Origin: Octopus vulgaris
Lineage: Eukaryota
Length of the DNA stretch: 64,000 nucleotides
Direction of reading: 5' to 3'
Assembly (NCBI GenBank): GCA_951406725.2
Contig: OX597820.1
Coordinates: 111,786,001-111,850,000, forward strand
Shown here: one piece after another, positions 13,953 to 28,100 of the stretch
How positions within the stretch are numbered: the first letter of the stretch is position 1
How the letters are laid out: every line of letters begins with the position of its first letter
Notes under the pieces: generated by a model
Databases searched by the model: none
What the model saw: the letters and a program-made list of their open reading frames with translations, nothing else
Told to the model about the DNA's origin: nothing
Translations under genes and position numbers: made by a program

Positions 13953-16060
13953 TGCCCTTCAGGATAAATAGTTTTATTAATATATTTAGAAGGAATTTAA
14001 CCAAATCTAATTGTTTATTGCAGACAAAAACAACATTGCAGCATAGAATTGATTCCTATTTCAACTACTGTAGTCTTTTCAATTATATTCTGAGTGAGTA
14101 TATTTATATCTTTGCTTGATTTTTGGTCTGTACCCCTCAATAAGCTGTCTGTAAAGACATTTGCAATTGAACACTTCTCAGTGTTTCAGTTTTATCAAAA
14201 ATTTCTTTATAATTTTCAGTAGTAATTATGAAATTATTTTGCTTGCTTACTTGTATAATATTTAACTAGCAGAATTCATCGAAATTCTATGACTCATTTT
14301 GTGGTACAGTATTAGACATAAACATCTCCCCACTTAGTAATAATATCCTGTCATTTCTTTCATAATCCTTTAATTTCCCAGGGTAAAAGTAGCTTGACCT
14401 AGCTATTATATACTAAAATTGCATATCAAGTTACTTATAATTGTGAATTGGTTTGTAACTGGTCACTATAAGAAATTTCCATGGCAACTAAATGCATAAA
14501 CTAGTAATATAATGTTTTATTAGGAATAGTATAACAATAATCTCTTGAATATGATTGGCTGTCAGCAAGCATTCTTATTTGCACAAATTATCTTGTTATT
14601 GATTAGGACTTAAAGGGTTCATAGTATATATTGTGAATGTAGAACTGGAGCGGCTGAAGTATCAGAGATGTGTTGTTATATTGTAGAGAAACATGAAATG
14701 GAAGATTTGTATCTTGTGTGTATGGTAGACAGTTATAGACATGAAATAACTCGTAAAACAAGCCTAGTTTGCCCCCTCACACACACACAAAAACCCTCCA
14801 AAATTAGTCAGCCAATCTAGTAATCTTGTTCTTTAAATGTCAACAGCCTAAAGGTGCCTTAAATCTTCTAGTACTAAACTTTTTGTTATTAATTTCCTGT
14901 GTCTCTAGACGATAATGAACCGGTTCCTTTGGATTTACCTAACCAATGGTTATGGGACATCATCGATGAGTTTATTTACCAGGTAGGCCTACTTCAAAAC
15001 ATATATGTACATACTTTTGTCTTTCTTTTCTTGTACCTGTCATTGAAAGGAATTCCTTTCAGGTTGTTTTATCCCAGGCAGATTTTCTATGGCCAGGTAC
15101 CTTTCCAACCCTAACCTGTTTCCAAGCAAGGTAATATTTCCTCATAGCCAGACATGTTTTCCTGGAAGATTAAAAGCAACGGATGCCTCTTATATGAAAG
15201 TGACACTCATTTACAACTATTACACAATGTCATGGCATAGAGACACTGTCATACACATATCCATGCATGCACATACACACACATCTACGTTTTATTCTGT
15301 ATCCATCTCCCACATAAACTCTCAAGGCTTTAACCAGCCTGGGACTTTAGTAGTAGACACTTGTTCAAGGTGTCACTCAGAGCAACTGAATCTGAATCCA
15401 TTCTGTCATTCTGTTTTCATTTCTGCTATGACTATTAGCAGAGGTGAAAACAATGACAGACATGTCAAATCCTTTTAATATTCAACTTGCCTGTGACTGC
15501 CCTTGGTTCTGTGATACAAACTTCTTGTTTCAAACAAAATTCCACTTCAGTGTATATTCCAAACACCAACTTAATAATGACAGTTATTTCACTAAATTCG
15601 TTATTTTCTAAATTAATTGAAACAAAAGCAATGTATTTTAACAAAAGGGTTAAGGTATGTGTAAACATTTTCATTGCTGATATTATCAGTAGCTTTGTGC
15701 TGTTATGAAAAATCAATACTGTTGCTCAACCTAGTTGAAACTATTTAGACCCTGCCACTTCAGAAAGGAAAGGACACATTGGGTAATGTAATCCTAAATA
15801 CACATTGTTTGATAAAATAAGAGATGCAAAAATCACAACCAGAACACTTTTTGGCACTTATACAGTTTTGCACTGTAAGAAAGCTCTCTCTGTTCTGTAT
15901 ATTGAAATCAGAGCCTACAGGGGTAAAGATAAGCAATATTGCATGTATATATAACAATTCTTTTGAAGCAAGTTTTCAGTGGAATGTTTTCCAAACAAAG
16001 TATTTTTACTCTTTTTTTTTTTCTTTACTTGTCTCAGCTGTGACCATGCTAGAGCACAAA

Positions 16061-16115
<55 letters not shown>

Positions 16116-19100
16116 GCAATTGTATAGATGTGAAGGCACATGGCTTAGTGCTTAGAATATTCAGCTCACAATTGTAAGGCCATGCATTCGATTCCTGGTG
16201 GTGCATTGTGTCCTTAAGCTAGACACTTTATTCCACATTGTTCCAGTCCACTCACCTGGTAAAAATGAGTTGTACCTTTATTTCAAAAAGTCAGCTTTGT
16301 CACATTCATTCTCTGTTATGCTGAATCTCCTTGAGAACTATGTTATGAGGAGCCTCACAGCCAGGTTGTCCGTTGATTGGATCAACTGGAACACTCTGTC
16401 ACTGTTGTAACCGGCAGTATAGATGACAACTCTGCTTCTATTTTCACTCCTTGATATAAATGTAGGCTTAATTTCAATACACAGAACACCTTATTTGACA
16501 TGACCCAGTGGCAACTCTTGTACAGAAGTATATGAATATACTTTTGACCATAGGTCTGCTCACTTAAATTGTAACTAAAATATCAATGTGTATGTATAAT
16601 TAGTCAGAATTTGAGGGAATAATTACTGAAATAAATCAAAATCCCAAGTTTATGTATTCCAATGGTTCACCTCATAGTAGTTCTAAGTTTGTGTGAAACT
16701 TCATTGATAAACATGCTAATGAACTTGCTCTAATAGCCAATTCACTGCCAGATTTGATCCAATAGATTTGGATATGTGAAAAAAATAGAATATGTGGTGA
16801 GGACTTGGCAATAACACAAGCATGTTTTGCTGTGAATTTGTTGTTACAGGTAGATTTTACTGTGACATATAACTAACTTTTGTATTATTCTATTGTACTA
16901 ATTATGTACTACTATTATTTTTTATAACCTATTTTCAAATTTCTAATTAATAAATAATTTTAAAAAATATTTTGAGTTATTTTTAATAGAAGTATCAAGT
17001 ATTAACAAATAGAAGTAATAAAGTTCTTAGTTTTAATAAAAGCTAATATTTTCTAAATCTAAATGTTTTATTTGAAATTTTACCCTTAGCTGCAATATTT
17101 TAAGTAAAAATTTTCTTGTTCTGTACTTGACCAGATGTAATAACTTGTCCTAAACTTTTCCAAGTGTAATAACTTGTCCTGTAATTTTTCAGGTTTATAA
17201 TCTTAAAAATATTATTTCTCTTGCTTGCATTTTTCCATGTAATACAATGCACCATTCTTGTCAAAGGATACATGTTCACTGAACTTAAAGGTGGTGGTGT
17301 TTGACATACAAAATTGATATTAGAATAAATCCTGTTGGAATATAATTCAGTTATTTTTATAACTAAATTATAATTTTTTCTCCAACAATCTGAAAATGTT
17401 CAATTTTTACAAAATATCTTCCCAGAACTTCATAGTTTGTAGTTCAGTCTGTTGTGTGAAAAAGGACTTTCACTTGTTTGGCTGATAATAGCCTGATTAC
17501 AATCTCTACAACCAAAAACTACAGATGGCAGGAAACCTAATAAGATAAGAATTGTGATCTCCCTCACATTTACTCTATTTTTTTCTGGCCCATTGTCATC
17601 ATCATTTAATATCCATCCTCTATGCTGGCATGGGTTGAGTGGTTTGATAGGACTGCATTAAACTCCAATATATGTTTTGGCATGGTTTCTACTGCTTGAT
17701 GCCCTTCTTCATACCAACTATTTTACAGAGTGTACTAAGTTTTTTTTTTTCTTCCTGTGACATCAGTGCTTGTGAGGTTGCCAAGTAGCTCCAAAGACTC
17801 CCCAAACAGCCTAATTTCCCCTCATCATATTGGCTGTTATCAAATATAAGAAAAAAGTACATGGGAACAACTGACCAACGATAAATTATTTTTTGTGGCG
17901 AGAAGCATGTTTGGCCTAACAAAGATATTAATGCCAGAGATGATTTAATCACTCAATATTTTCTTCCCTTACAGTTTCAGTCATTCACAATCTATAGATC
18001 TGCAATTGAACAAAGAACACCTCAAGAGAAAAGTGCATTGCAGAGGAATCCTAAGGTTAGCTTGATTTTTATTGTTTTTTGTATTTGCAAGAATTTTACA
18101 AAATAATTTCTAGTGTCTGTGCATACACACACTATACTTCTTTGTATAGCATCTTGTTTTTTGAAAGCTTGCTTCTTCATTGTCTTTACTGTTTGTTGTA
18201 GGTTTGGAATGTTCACAGTGTTCTAAATGCACTTCATTCCCTTGTTGAGAAGTCCAATATCAACCGTCAATTAGAAGTATACACTAGTGGTGGTAAGTTC
18301 CATTAAATTTTATTAATCTTGGTAGAAATTTTTTTACCATGAAATTTATTCTTTGTCTTTGAAGTCTGAGCTAATGGCAACATTTACAATTTCATTGAGC
18401 ACACACTTTCTGTACAATTAATTATTCTAATACAGGGGTCTCCAAACTTCTTATATCATTAACCTTTTTATGGAATCATAAATGACTTACTACCCCCATC
18501 ATATAAATTTCTAAAATAACATTAAAAGGCATAATGAAGAAAAAATTTCTTGATTAAAGGCAATAATTCCTTTATTCTTTGAACATAACCACATTTTAAT
18601 AAGAAATATTTTAAAGAAAATACGTAACAAAATTGACAAAAGAACATTAAAAACTATGTGCTTAGCGATTAGTAGTTATTACATTGATATTTGGCTGGAA
18701 ATTTGTGAGTTTTAACTGAAGTTACTGCCCTCCTGCAGAGTCATTCAGTTTCTCTCCTTCAATGAAAATTGTGATATCTTCATAAAACCTGTGAATTTGT
18801 CCTTATTTATTTTTAAGACCACATTTTTAAATGCATTTCATCATATGACAGAGATCTCTAAAGCTCTGGCAAAATAATAATAAATGTCTGTGTTCTTGTT
18901 AACTCTTTCATTACTATATTTCTAACCAAAATACACCCCTTATGTGTTTCAATTAATTTCTAACATAATCATAAATTTAGTTTGGTTTCATTAAACAACT
19001 ATAACTTTTTTATTTATCAATACATTGTGATTTTTGGAAGATAATTTAATGAAAGGTTCTCCACCAATTCTATACTATAATTTTTGTCACAAAGTGACTC

Positions 19101-22100
19101 TAATTGCAGGTAGATACAGGTAAATTCAACAAAATATAAAATTATTAAAATTTTTGTTCAAACATCACTATAGAAAATGGGTTATTAGCTAATATTCAAT
19201 TGGGTATACAACAAAATTTTACTATAGAAGAGTTGTGCACATTACTGGATTCATCGCTACTCCAGTAATTTGTTATTCTGGATAACTTTCTAATGCCCAT
19301 AATAATATTTATGGCAAAATAATGCCTTAATTTCGGAAAATGAAACATCAGATTCATTATCAAATACCATGTGCTTTTTTTTTTTCCAGTTATAGAGTTA
19401 GATTTATCAAGGTCTTCAGTGGGAAATCTTTCGAATTCTGACTCGCTGCTTGACAGAAGGAAATTCGTATAATCACGTGTTTTCATGAATGTACTAACGA
19501 GATTTACTCTGATATTCTCATTTAAATATGAATAGGTGATTACGGGCGGTTTTGGGCAGCTTGGTCACATGAACCAAAATTTTTTCAGGTGGCTTTGGGT
19601 GGTTTGGTAACAAAAGGGTTAAATATTGAATATCATTGTATTTATCTGGCATTGGTTTGGTACTTGCCTCTCAGACATAGTCTCTGCTAGCAGATTCTTG
19701 TCTAATCATCTTTCATCCTGTGGGCACATTGTGACACTTTGCCATCATTATTTTTCTTTCCAGTTCCATCCACAATATTCCCACCCACTATTGTATAATG
19801 TGAGGTAGCCATATATTTCCTCTGCAGCAAGAAACCTGTTATTGTCTCTTCTTTCATACTTTATCTTATCAATATCTTGCATAAATCTGCCTCCATTTCT
19901 GTTATACTCCTATTCAGTCAAGTTATATGGCAACCTCACTGGTTCTGGTACCATGCAAAAAAAAACACATACACACACCCAGTAAAGTGGTTGGCTTTAG
20001 GAAGGATATCCATTCATAGAAACCATATCAAAGTGGGTATTGGAGCATGGCACAGTTCTCCAGCTTGCCAGACCCTGTCAAACTATCCAGCCTATGTTTG
20101 TATGAAAGACAAATGTGTGGTGGTGGTAGTGGCTGCATTTGGCCATGCTGAAAACAAAATGATCCTTTCACTAATTAGTAATGCTAAACATGAAAACAGG
20201 ACCAAAATAGGAACCAAAATGTACAGTAGACATAATGACAAGCAGAACAGTCAGAAGTGAAGAACATTTCATGGACTTAAATAAATGTAGCCTTGCATTG
20301 AATGTATTATCACAGTTTTGCCATTTTGATTCCAGGTGACCCTGACAGTGTTGCAGGTGTATTTGGACAACATGCTCTGTACAAGATGTTGGGTTATTTC
20401 AGCTTAATAGGCCTACTGCGAATGCATTCACTTTTGGGCGATTACTATCAAGCCTTGAAAGTTCTAGAAAACATTGATTTTAATCAAACGGTAAGTTTCC
20501 CGTATTTTATAATTCTAATTTAATATTTTAATTCATTTATATATATATATATATTCCTTATTTGTTCTTTGCTGACATGGAGTGTGTTTATAATGCACTT
20601 GCAATTTTTTATTTGTATTGTAAAGCTGTTGTTGTTTAGTAATTAGTCATCTCTAACTGAGCAGAGCTGGCATTCCAGTCGTGACCATCCTGTCTTTCCT
20701 TTGAGCATAGCTTATCCAGGACTACATTATCCAACATGTCCCTTTCTTTTCAAAGTGGTGGGGTGTAGTTAGAGATATTTGGCTGCTATTTTTAGCAAGT
20801 TGGGGGAATCATTATTTCGAAGTATTTTGTCATTGTGCTTGACTATCAGTCTTTAGCCCTTAATAACAAATTCAGCATGGGAACATCAACGACACAGATT
20901 ATATTTTGACTTTAATTATTACATTGAATCCCTAATCAACAAATTTATTTATTGAGCCTTTTGATACCAGCTCACTTGAGACTGCCCCTGGTTATATGAT
21001 CTGGCTTCTCACAACAGCCCTACAATATCATTCTAAAAATTAAGTTATCTCATCAAAATCTCAAGGCTACAAGATAAAGCTTGGTTGAATTCAAAATAAT
21101 ATGAATAAAGAAGTATTGCTTTTGACAGAATAATGTAAATACTAATTAATTTATGTTCAAAACACTAGTTTAATGGCCAAGTTTTATTACTAAGTTCTTC
21201 ATTATTTTCAAAATTTATTGAAACTAAGGCAATGTATTTCAGTAGAAATGTAGTAACAAAAAGGTTAATGTGTATACAGCCCTATTACTTGGGAATAGAT
21301 TGTTTGCAAAGATTTATAATTGAAATATACTGTTAACTAGATTAAAACTTCTTTTAGCCTGATGTTTTTCTGGAGAATTTAAATGAAACTAACAATTTCT
21401 AATATTCCCACTTTCAGAATAAATATTCTTGTGTGCCAGCATGTCAGATCACCACCTTTTATTATGTTGGATTTGCCTATATGATGATGCGCCGGTACCA
21501 AGATGCCATTCGTACATTCTCCAACATTTTACTCTATATTCAGCGTACTGAACAGATGTTCCAGTATAAGGTTCAGCTGTATGACCAGGTATGGATGTCA
21601 CTGTTAATACTTCACGCATTATTTTAATTGAGAGAAAGGCCTCAAGATGGCAGAATCATTAGCAGTCAAACAAAATACTTGATGACATTTCATCTGTCTT
21701 TATATTCTTTCAAATTCTACCGAGATCAACTTTGCCCTTCATCCTTTCAGGCTCAATAAATTATCATTTGAGCATTGGGTTAGTGTAATCAAATATGATA
21801 GAATAGCTATGACACTACAGAACATGTATTTATATAATTTGGTTGTATGATGTCACTGTTAATACTACACTTATAATTTTAGTCTAAATATTGCACAGGA
21901 GCTGTGTGGTCTAGGTGTTACACTACTGAGCTTATATTTGTAACTTCAAATCTCATGCTCCTTGTCAAGACATAGCTCTACATGTTTTACATTGTGTCAC
22001 TCTTGGCTGGTTAGCTGCAGGGAAGGTATCTAGTACTGAAATATCTGGCTTTGATTAACATTATATGTTTGGCCAGACCAGACATCAGTTACTTATGTCA

Positions 22101-25100
22101 CTTTGTTAAAAATCTAGCTATATATATTATTTGTATTGTTTTCATTACAATCACCTCATGCTAATTTTCACACATACAGTTACTGCACATCCTGTTCCTC
22201 TAATCACTGCTTAGACAAGTACAGTGAAGTCGTCTTTCGTGGGGACGTTGAAGAGGATCTAAACATATTCAGAGTTGTTTCCCCATGCTTGTCAGAATAA
22301 TTTGACTGTATGGAGCATTGACTAATATTGTCTTAGGTTCACTACACAATTTTTTCAGTGATCACTATATTAAATATATCGATATATTCCTGAAAGACAC
22401 CTGCTTTTGTCACTGTTTTTGTTCTCTTCTCTTCACTTTACAGATCAACAAAATGAATGATAAAATGTACATGTTGTTGGCCATCTGTTTGGTTCTTCAC
22501 CCGATGCGTATTGATGAAAGTGTTCATTTCAGGTTACGGGAAAAATGTGGAGATAGTATGTTAAAAATGCAAATGGGGTGAGTCAGTCCTTTTCATATTT
22601 GATCCCTTTTGTTTTGGTCTGTTAGCACTGAATTCTAAACGTTGCTGAGGAAAAGAGAAATGAAATTTAATTCTTTTGATACCAACCCTGACTCTATGGT
22701 GTCCCAGACAGTTTAGATAATGACAAAGTTATTGCACTCAATTAGGCAATTCTCATCATTATCTTCATCATTTAGCATCTGCTTTTCATGTTGACCGAAG
22801 CTGGTAAGATGGATTGTTGCTGGAAAGAAAATATTTTGTATTTCCTTGCTTACTTGAATCTGCTTTATTAGTCCTAACTTTGTTTTACTTTTTATTTGAA
22901 GGAGTATAAATGATTTTGAGCAGTGCTTCAGTAGAGCCTGTCCCAAATTCTTGTCTCCTGTTACACCTGATTATGAAAAGGAAAATATGACCTTCAGCAA
23001 GGTATCTTTATATTTTATTTTGCTTTATATCTTTTTATATTAAATGTGTGTGTATGGATAATTTTGATAGAAGAACTAGAATCTCTGTTCCTGTGGATTT
23101 GTGATCTGAGAACTTTTTATGGCAAAGTATTCACTCTGTTTCCTACCAGCCTTTATTTTTTGTTTAACCCTTTACCAGATTTCTTTATCAAATGTAATAC
23201 TTATTTATTCATATTGCTTTGAATTAAGCATGCATTATCTTGTAGCTTCCAGATATTGATGATGTTATTTTTACATTGACATAGTAGGGTAAGTGTAAGA
23301 GACCAGATCTGACTGGTTTCAATATAAAACAGGAATATTTTCGCTTGATATGGCTGGTTTAAATGCTAAAGGGTAATTAAAGAAAGTAGTGTAATTTGAA
23401 ATCAAAACGAGTTTAAGTTTGTTCCAAAGCATTCTTAGCATCTGTCAGAAATGTCAAATTTTTTTCATTTATGACTACTTCCTCCAAAGTTGAGCACAAT
23501 ATTACTGTAAGGAATTCTTGTAAGTTTGGGTGAAATGATTTTCAAATTTTGTGTTTGGTAGCTGGGGCTGTCAGCATTTAATATGCTCTTTCCCCTGCTT
23601 GCATGGAATGTACGGAATTTGTTGAAGCAAATTTTCTGTAACCAGACGCTCTTTTTATTGCCAGTTCTCACCTATTTCCAAGTAAGGTAATATATTTTCA
23701 TGTGACCAAATACTCTTTCTTGGATGATTGGGAATAAGCAACATTGCTTGCATAACAGTCATGCTCATTTACAATCATCACATGATGTCAATACAACAGT
23801 GCATGCAAACACACACACACTCATGTGGTTGGCATTAGGAAGGGCATCCAGCCATAGAAACCTTGCCAAAGCAGTCCTTGACTCGAATCATTTTCAAACC
23901 ATCCAACCCATGCTGGCATTGAACATGGATGTTAACTGATGATGATAGCAATCTACTTCCAGTTTCTATCTACCAAATTCATTCACAAAGCTTTGCTCAG
24001 CCCAGGACTATAGTAGAAGACACTTGCCTAAGGTGTCGTGGAGCGGGACTGACCCAAGTCACATGGTTGGAGAGCAAGCTTCTTGTCTACTACTTCATAG
24101 TTGGCTGGTGACATGACTTTTTGTAAAGACGAATCATTAAGTAGAATTTCAAATGTGAAAGCATATGCATGCCAAACTGATGCCTTGGGTTTGTTTCTCC
24201 TGTTTTTTCAGTATCCTTATGAATTACAACAGAAAGTTTTCCTACGAGAAGTGGAACAACAATTTAACTCGCTTAATATTCGCAGGTAATTTGGTTTTTT
24301 AGTGTTACCATCTCTCTTTTCTTTCTCACAGTTAACAGTTATTAAAGATAGTCAACACCAATCACTCACAATATGTTGCATGTCCTGGCAAGGAAAGTAA
24401 ACTCTTAGTTTTATTTTCCCTACATGGAACATCCACAGTTAAAGAAAAGTCTTAAGAGAACTGACATTTTCTTCCTTAGGTGGATCCCAAGACTTGGTCT
24501 TTGGCAAAGCATTATTGGTGAAGTTGTTAACAATATCCTTCCCCAATGTATTACAAATGATGCAAATATCTTTGTTATTGAACCATTGTTTCTTGTCAAC
24601 ATCTCTATTTTTCCAGTTTTGGGTGGGCTTTTTTTTTTTTTTTATGATATTTCATGTGATTACTATTTTATGGTCAATCTTTGTCCCTTGTATATGTCAG
24701 TAAAGAATTAGCGATCAGTTGGTGGCCACAGGTCTAGGCTAAGGAATTTAGAGATGTAGGTTTTACACTGATATCTCTAATGTTGATAGTGTATTACTGT
24801 GGCTCTTGTAAATTCTATCAGCAATGATAGAGGCTGAGTGGCAATAAGGTTTAGGTGCTACACTGCTGGTGCTGGTTTCACAATCATGATTCAAACCTCT
24901 CTATTGCAACCATTGCAGTATACCTGTTATTATTTTGGTTGTATGGTTTAGCTTTACTCCAACAGTGAAGACATTTACTATAATGATATGCATGTTAGTT
25001 GCACTAACAGTATAGCATTATAAGTTTCCCAGCAGGTAGTGAATCATGTAATCCAGTGTATTTTAGAGGTTTCATATTTATGTAGTGAATCTGGGAGTAT

Positions 25101-28100
25101 CATCTCAGAACTAATGAATATAGTCAGTGTCTCGGCTAATAATCCACCACACTGTCCATGTATTCAAGTATCTGAGCTTCTCAAATAATTTTGTGATTTG
25201 TTCTTTGATATTTTCTGAGTTTTGATATAATTATAACTTTTTTTTTTTCAGTTTCCTCAAGTTATACACTACCTTGCCTATTCCAAAGTTGGCAGCTATG
25301 ATTGACATTGTAAGTTCTCTTTCTTTGTACTGTGGCACAAGTATACTAAAATACTGTTGTTTCTGAAATCTCAAAGAACTTTTAAAGACCAGTGTTTAAC
25401 TCTACTCTTAAAGTGTTCAGATCATGAGAAATAAATCTCCCTTGCTTATGATGCTGCCATGTTTCAAATAACATGTTCTGGTAATCTGTGGTAGATCAGA
25501 CCAGCTCTGGTATTTGATCTATAACTATAATGTTGATTCTGAAGTACTGGATGTTAAAGTCAACCTTCACTGGATTTAGAATTCAAAGCATAGAGGGACA
25601 TAAGTACATACTGTAATCATTTTGTCTGGCATTCTATCAATCCTGCTAGTCCACTACCATCAATAATATTAATTACGCTAACTTTTTGTTTTTATATGTA
25701 CCTGTTGTGTGCATCAGGCTTCAAAGAAGTGGCAAAGTGAGAGGGAAAGAGACAGTGAGTGGTGACAGCATTCGTTTTTGGGTTTTTAAATGTTTCATAA
25801 CCCTTCGTCTTCCAGAGAAAATGTATGTTACTAATTACCAACTGGGTCCAATGGACCCAATATTTTTCTTTTAATTAAATTTTATTCAAACTACCACTAT
25901 TTCTTAGCTACATTATATATGTTATCAGGTGAATGAAGAATTATTGTTTCTCATAATTTTTAATAAGAAAAATACAACTCACAGAACATAGGATAAATTT
26001 TTAAAATTACAAAAATACACAATCACAGCTCATCATGGCAGTGAATGCAGACAACATTGGAATGTTCTTGGCAAACATGGATATTATAATTCTTACATCT
26101 AGTACAAGTTTTCCCGTCTTTTTTTTTTTTGGACCACACAAAGAACACCTTCCTTTTTTCTTTGGCTTAGGAATCTCAAATGAAGTTGAAAATAGTCTTC
26201 TTTTCTTGTTTGGTTGAGAAATGTTAGCGGAACAAGAAGATTGTTTGTCACGTTCTTGTTTAGCATATATCCAGCAAGTTCCTTTCCTAAATGAATTTGG
26301 CATTGTCTTCTTTTATCCTTGAAACTTAGCAACAATGAAAGTATTCACTGCACTTATATCAATCACTTTGTAGAATATAACCATAGGCCATCTTCGAGTC
26401 ATTCTTTTGCAAGTGTATGTCCCTGCCATCTTGTTTAGAGTATCTACTCCTCCTTTTGTTTTGTTGTAACATGTTATAACTTCAGGTTTCTTTCCAGCAC
26501 TTTTTGAATCATTTGGAGGCTGAGGGTGCATTGTACTCATAAGCGTGACTACATAATTTTTCTTGGGACAAAAAGATAGGATCGTAGAATCCTTTTGAAA
26601 TCCAAATATTGTGCTGTTAATTTCTCTTTCTTTTTTATTTGCGAAAGCACTTGAAAGTTCAACTCTCTTCTTTCTAATTGTTCCAACTAAAGTAATTTTC
26701 TTGCTAAGCAGCTTTCGAGCTAATCCCAAACTTATTAAAAAAAATTATCACAAGTTATATTCACCTGACTGGCTTCCATACCGGTGGCATGTAAAAAGCA
26801 CCCACTACACTCTCGGAGTGGTTGGCATTAGGAAGGGCATCCAGCTGTAGAAATATTGCCAGATCAGATTGGAGCCTCCTGGCCTGCCAGTCCCCAGTTA
26901 AACCATCCAACCCATGCCAGCATGGAAAATGGATGTTAAACAATAATGATGATGACATAAGAGAGAAAGATAGTGAGAGAACGAGTGAAAGAGATAGTGA
27001 GTTGTGACGGCGTTCGTTTTGTGTTAACTCACAAATGGCTGAGTACTCCACAGACATGCATTACATTAACGTAGTTCTCAGGGAGATTCAGCCTCACACA
27101 GAATATGAAAGGCAGGCCCCTTTGAATTACAGCTACAACTCAAGACATATATGAATGTATTTGAGTGTGTGTATAGGTTAGTTGAAACGTGTTTGCAGTA
27201 ATAAGTGTCGCATGGTGGAGATTAATGCAATTGCCAAACTTTGATTCATAAATCCATTTATTATTTCGTTCTTTTGCATTTCAATTTGTACCCAGAAATT
27301 TTCAACAACTGCATGCCAGAAGAAATGGAAAAATGAGTAATTTTATCTCCTAAAAATTCTTACTGTCTTGCAATAAATTAAAAAGTTCTTAATATCTTCT
27401 TTCTAATTGTTCCAACTAAAGTAATTTTCTTGCTAAGCAGCTTTCGAGCTAATCCCAAACTTATTAAAAAAAATTATCACAAGTTATATTCACCTGACTG
27501 GCTTCCATACCGGTGGCATGTAAAAAGCACCCACTACACTCTTGAGCACACATTCAGTGTCCTGCAATAATGAAGAGGAGGTTCACAACTATCCATTTGA
27601 ATTCAGCAACTCACTCCATCCGGTATGCCTCCTCATTGCCTCAACTTAAAAATAGGGGCTATTGTAATGCTGCTAAGAAATCTTTCGATCAGTCAAGGAT
27701 TATATAATGGAATTTGCATTAAAGGGCAAAGACTTCATGAACATTGTGTAGAGGCATCATTGGTAACAGGCTTCATCAGAGGTCGTACAGTTCTAATTCC
27801 CAAAATTAAACTTAGCCCAAGTGATGCAGATATCCCATTCACACAGACTTCAGTTTCCACTTTAACTTGCATATTCAGTGACAATTAATAAGGCTCAAGG
27901 GCAAATATTTGAAAAAGTTGAAATGCATTTGCCTCAGCTCGTATTTTCTCATGACCAATTATATGTTGCATTTTCAAGAGCATGAGCTATAAACAATATC
28001 AAAGTAAGAGTTATGACACTCAATTGGGATAACAAACAAGGCCAAAAACATGGTGTGTGATATACACACAAAATTTTGTCTACTGTGAAGTACTGTGTGG

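Noticed and set aside
21890-24900. Recurrent AGGT(G/T)(C/T)TACACT motif (~21912, ~24758, ~24853) complementary to the U2 branch-point region, suggesting scaRNAs
   Set aside because: Two occurrences lie in what look like decayed tRNA-SINE heads (A-box-like start, TTCAAA B-box remnant, ccttg..caagacat). Box spacing does not fit C/D or H/ACA guides.
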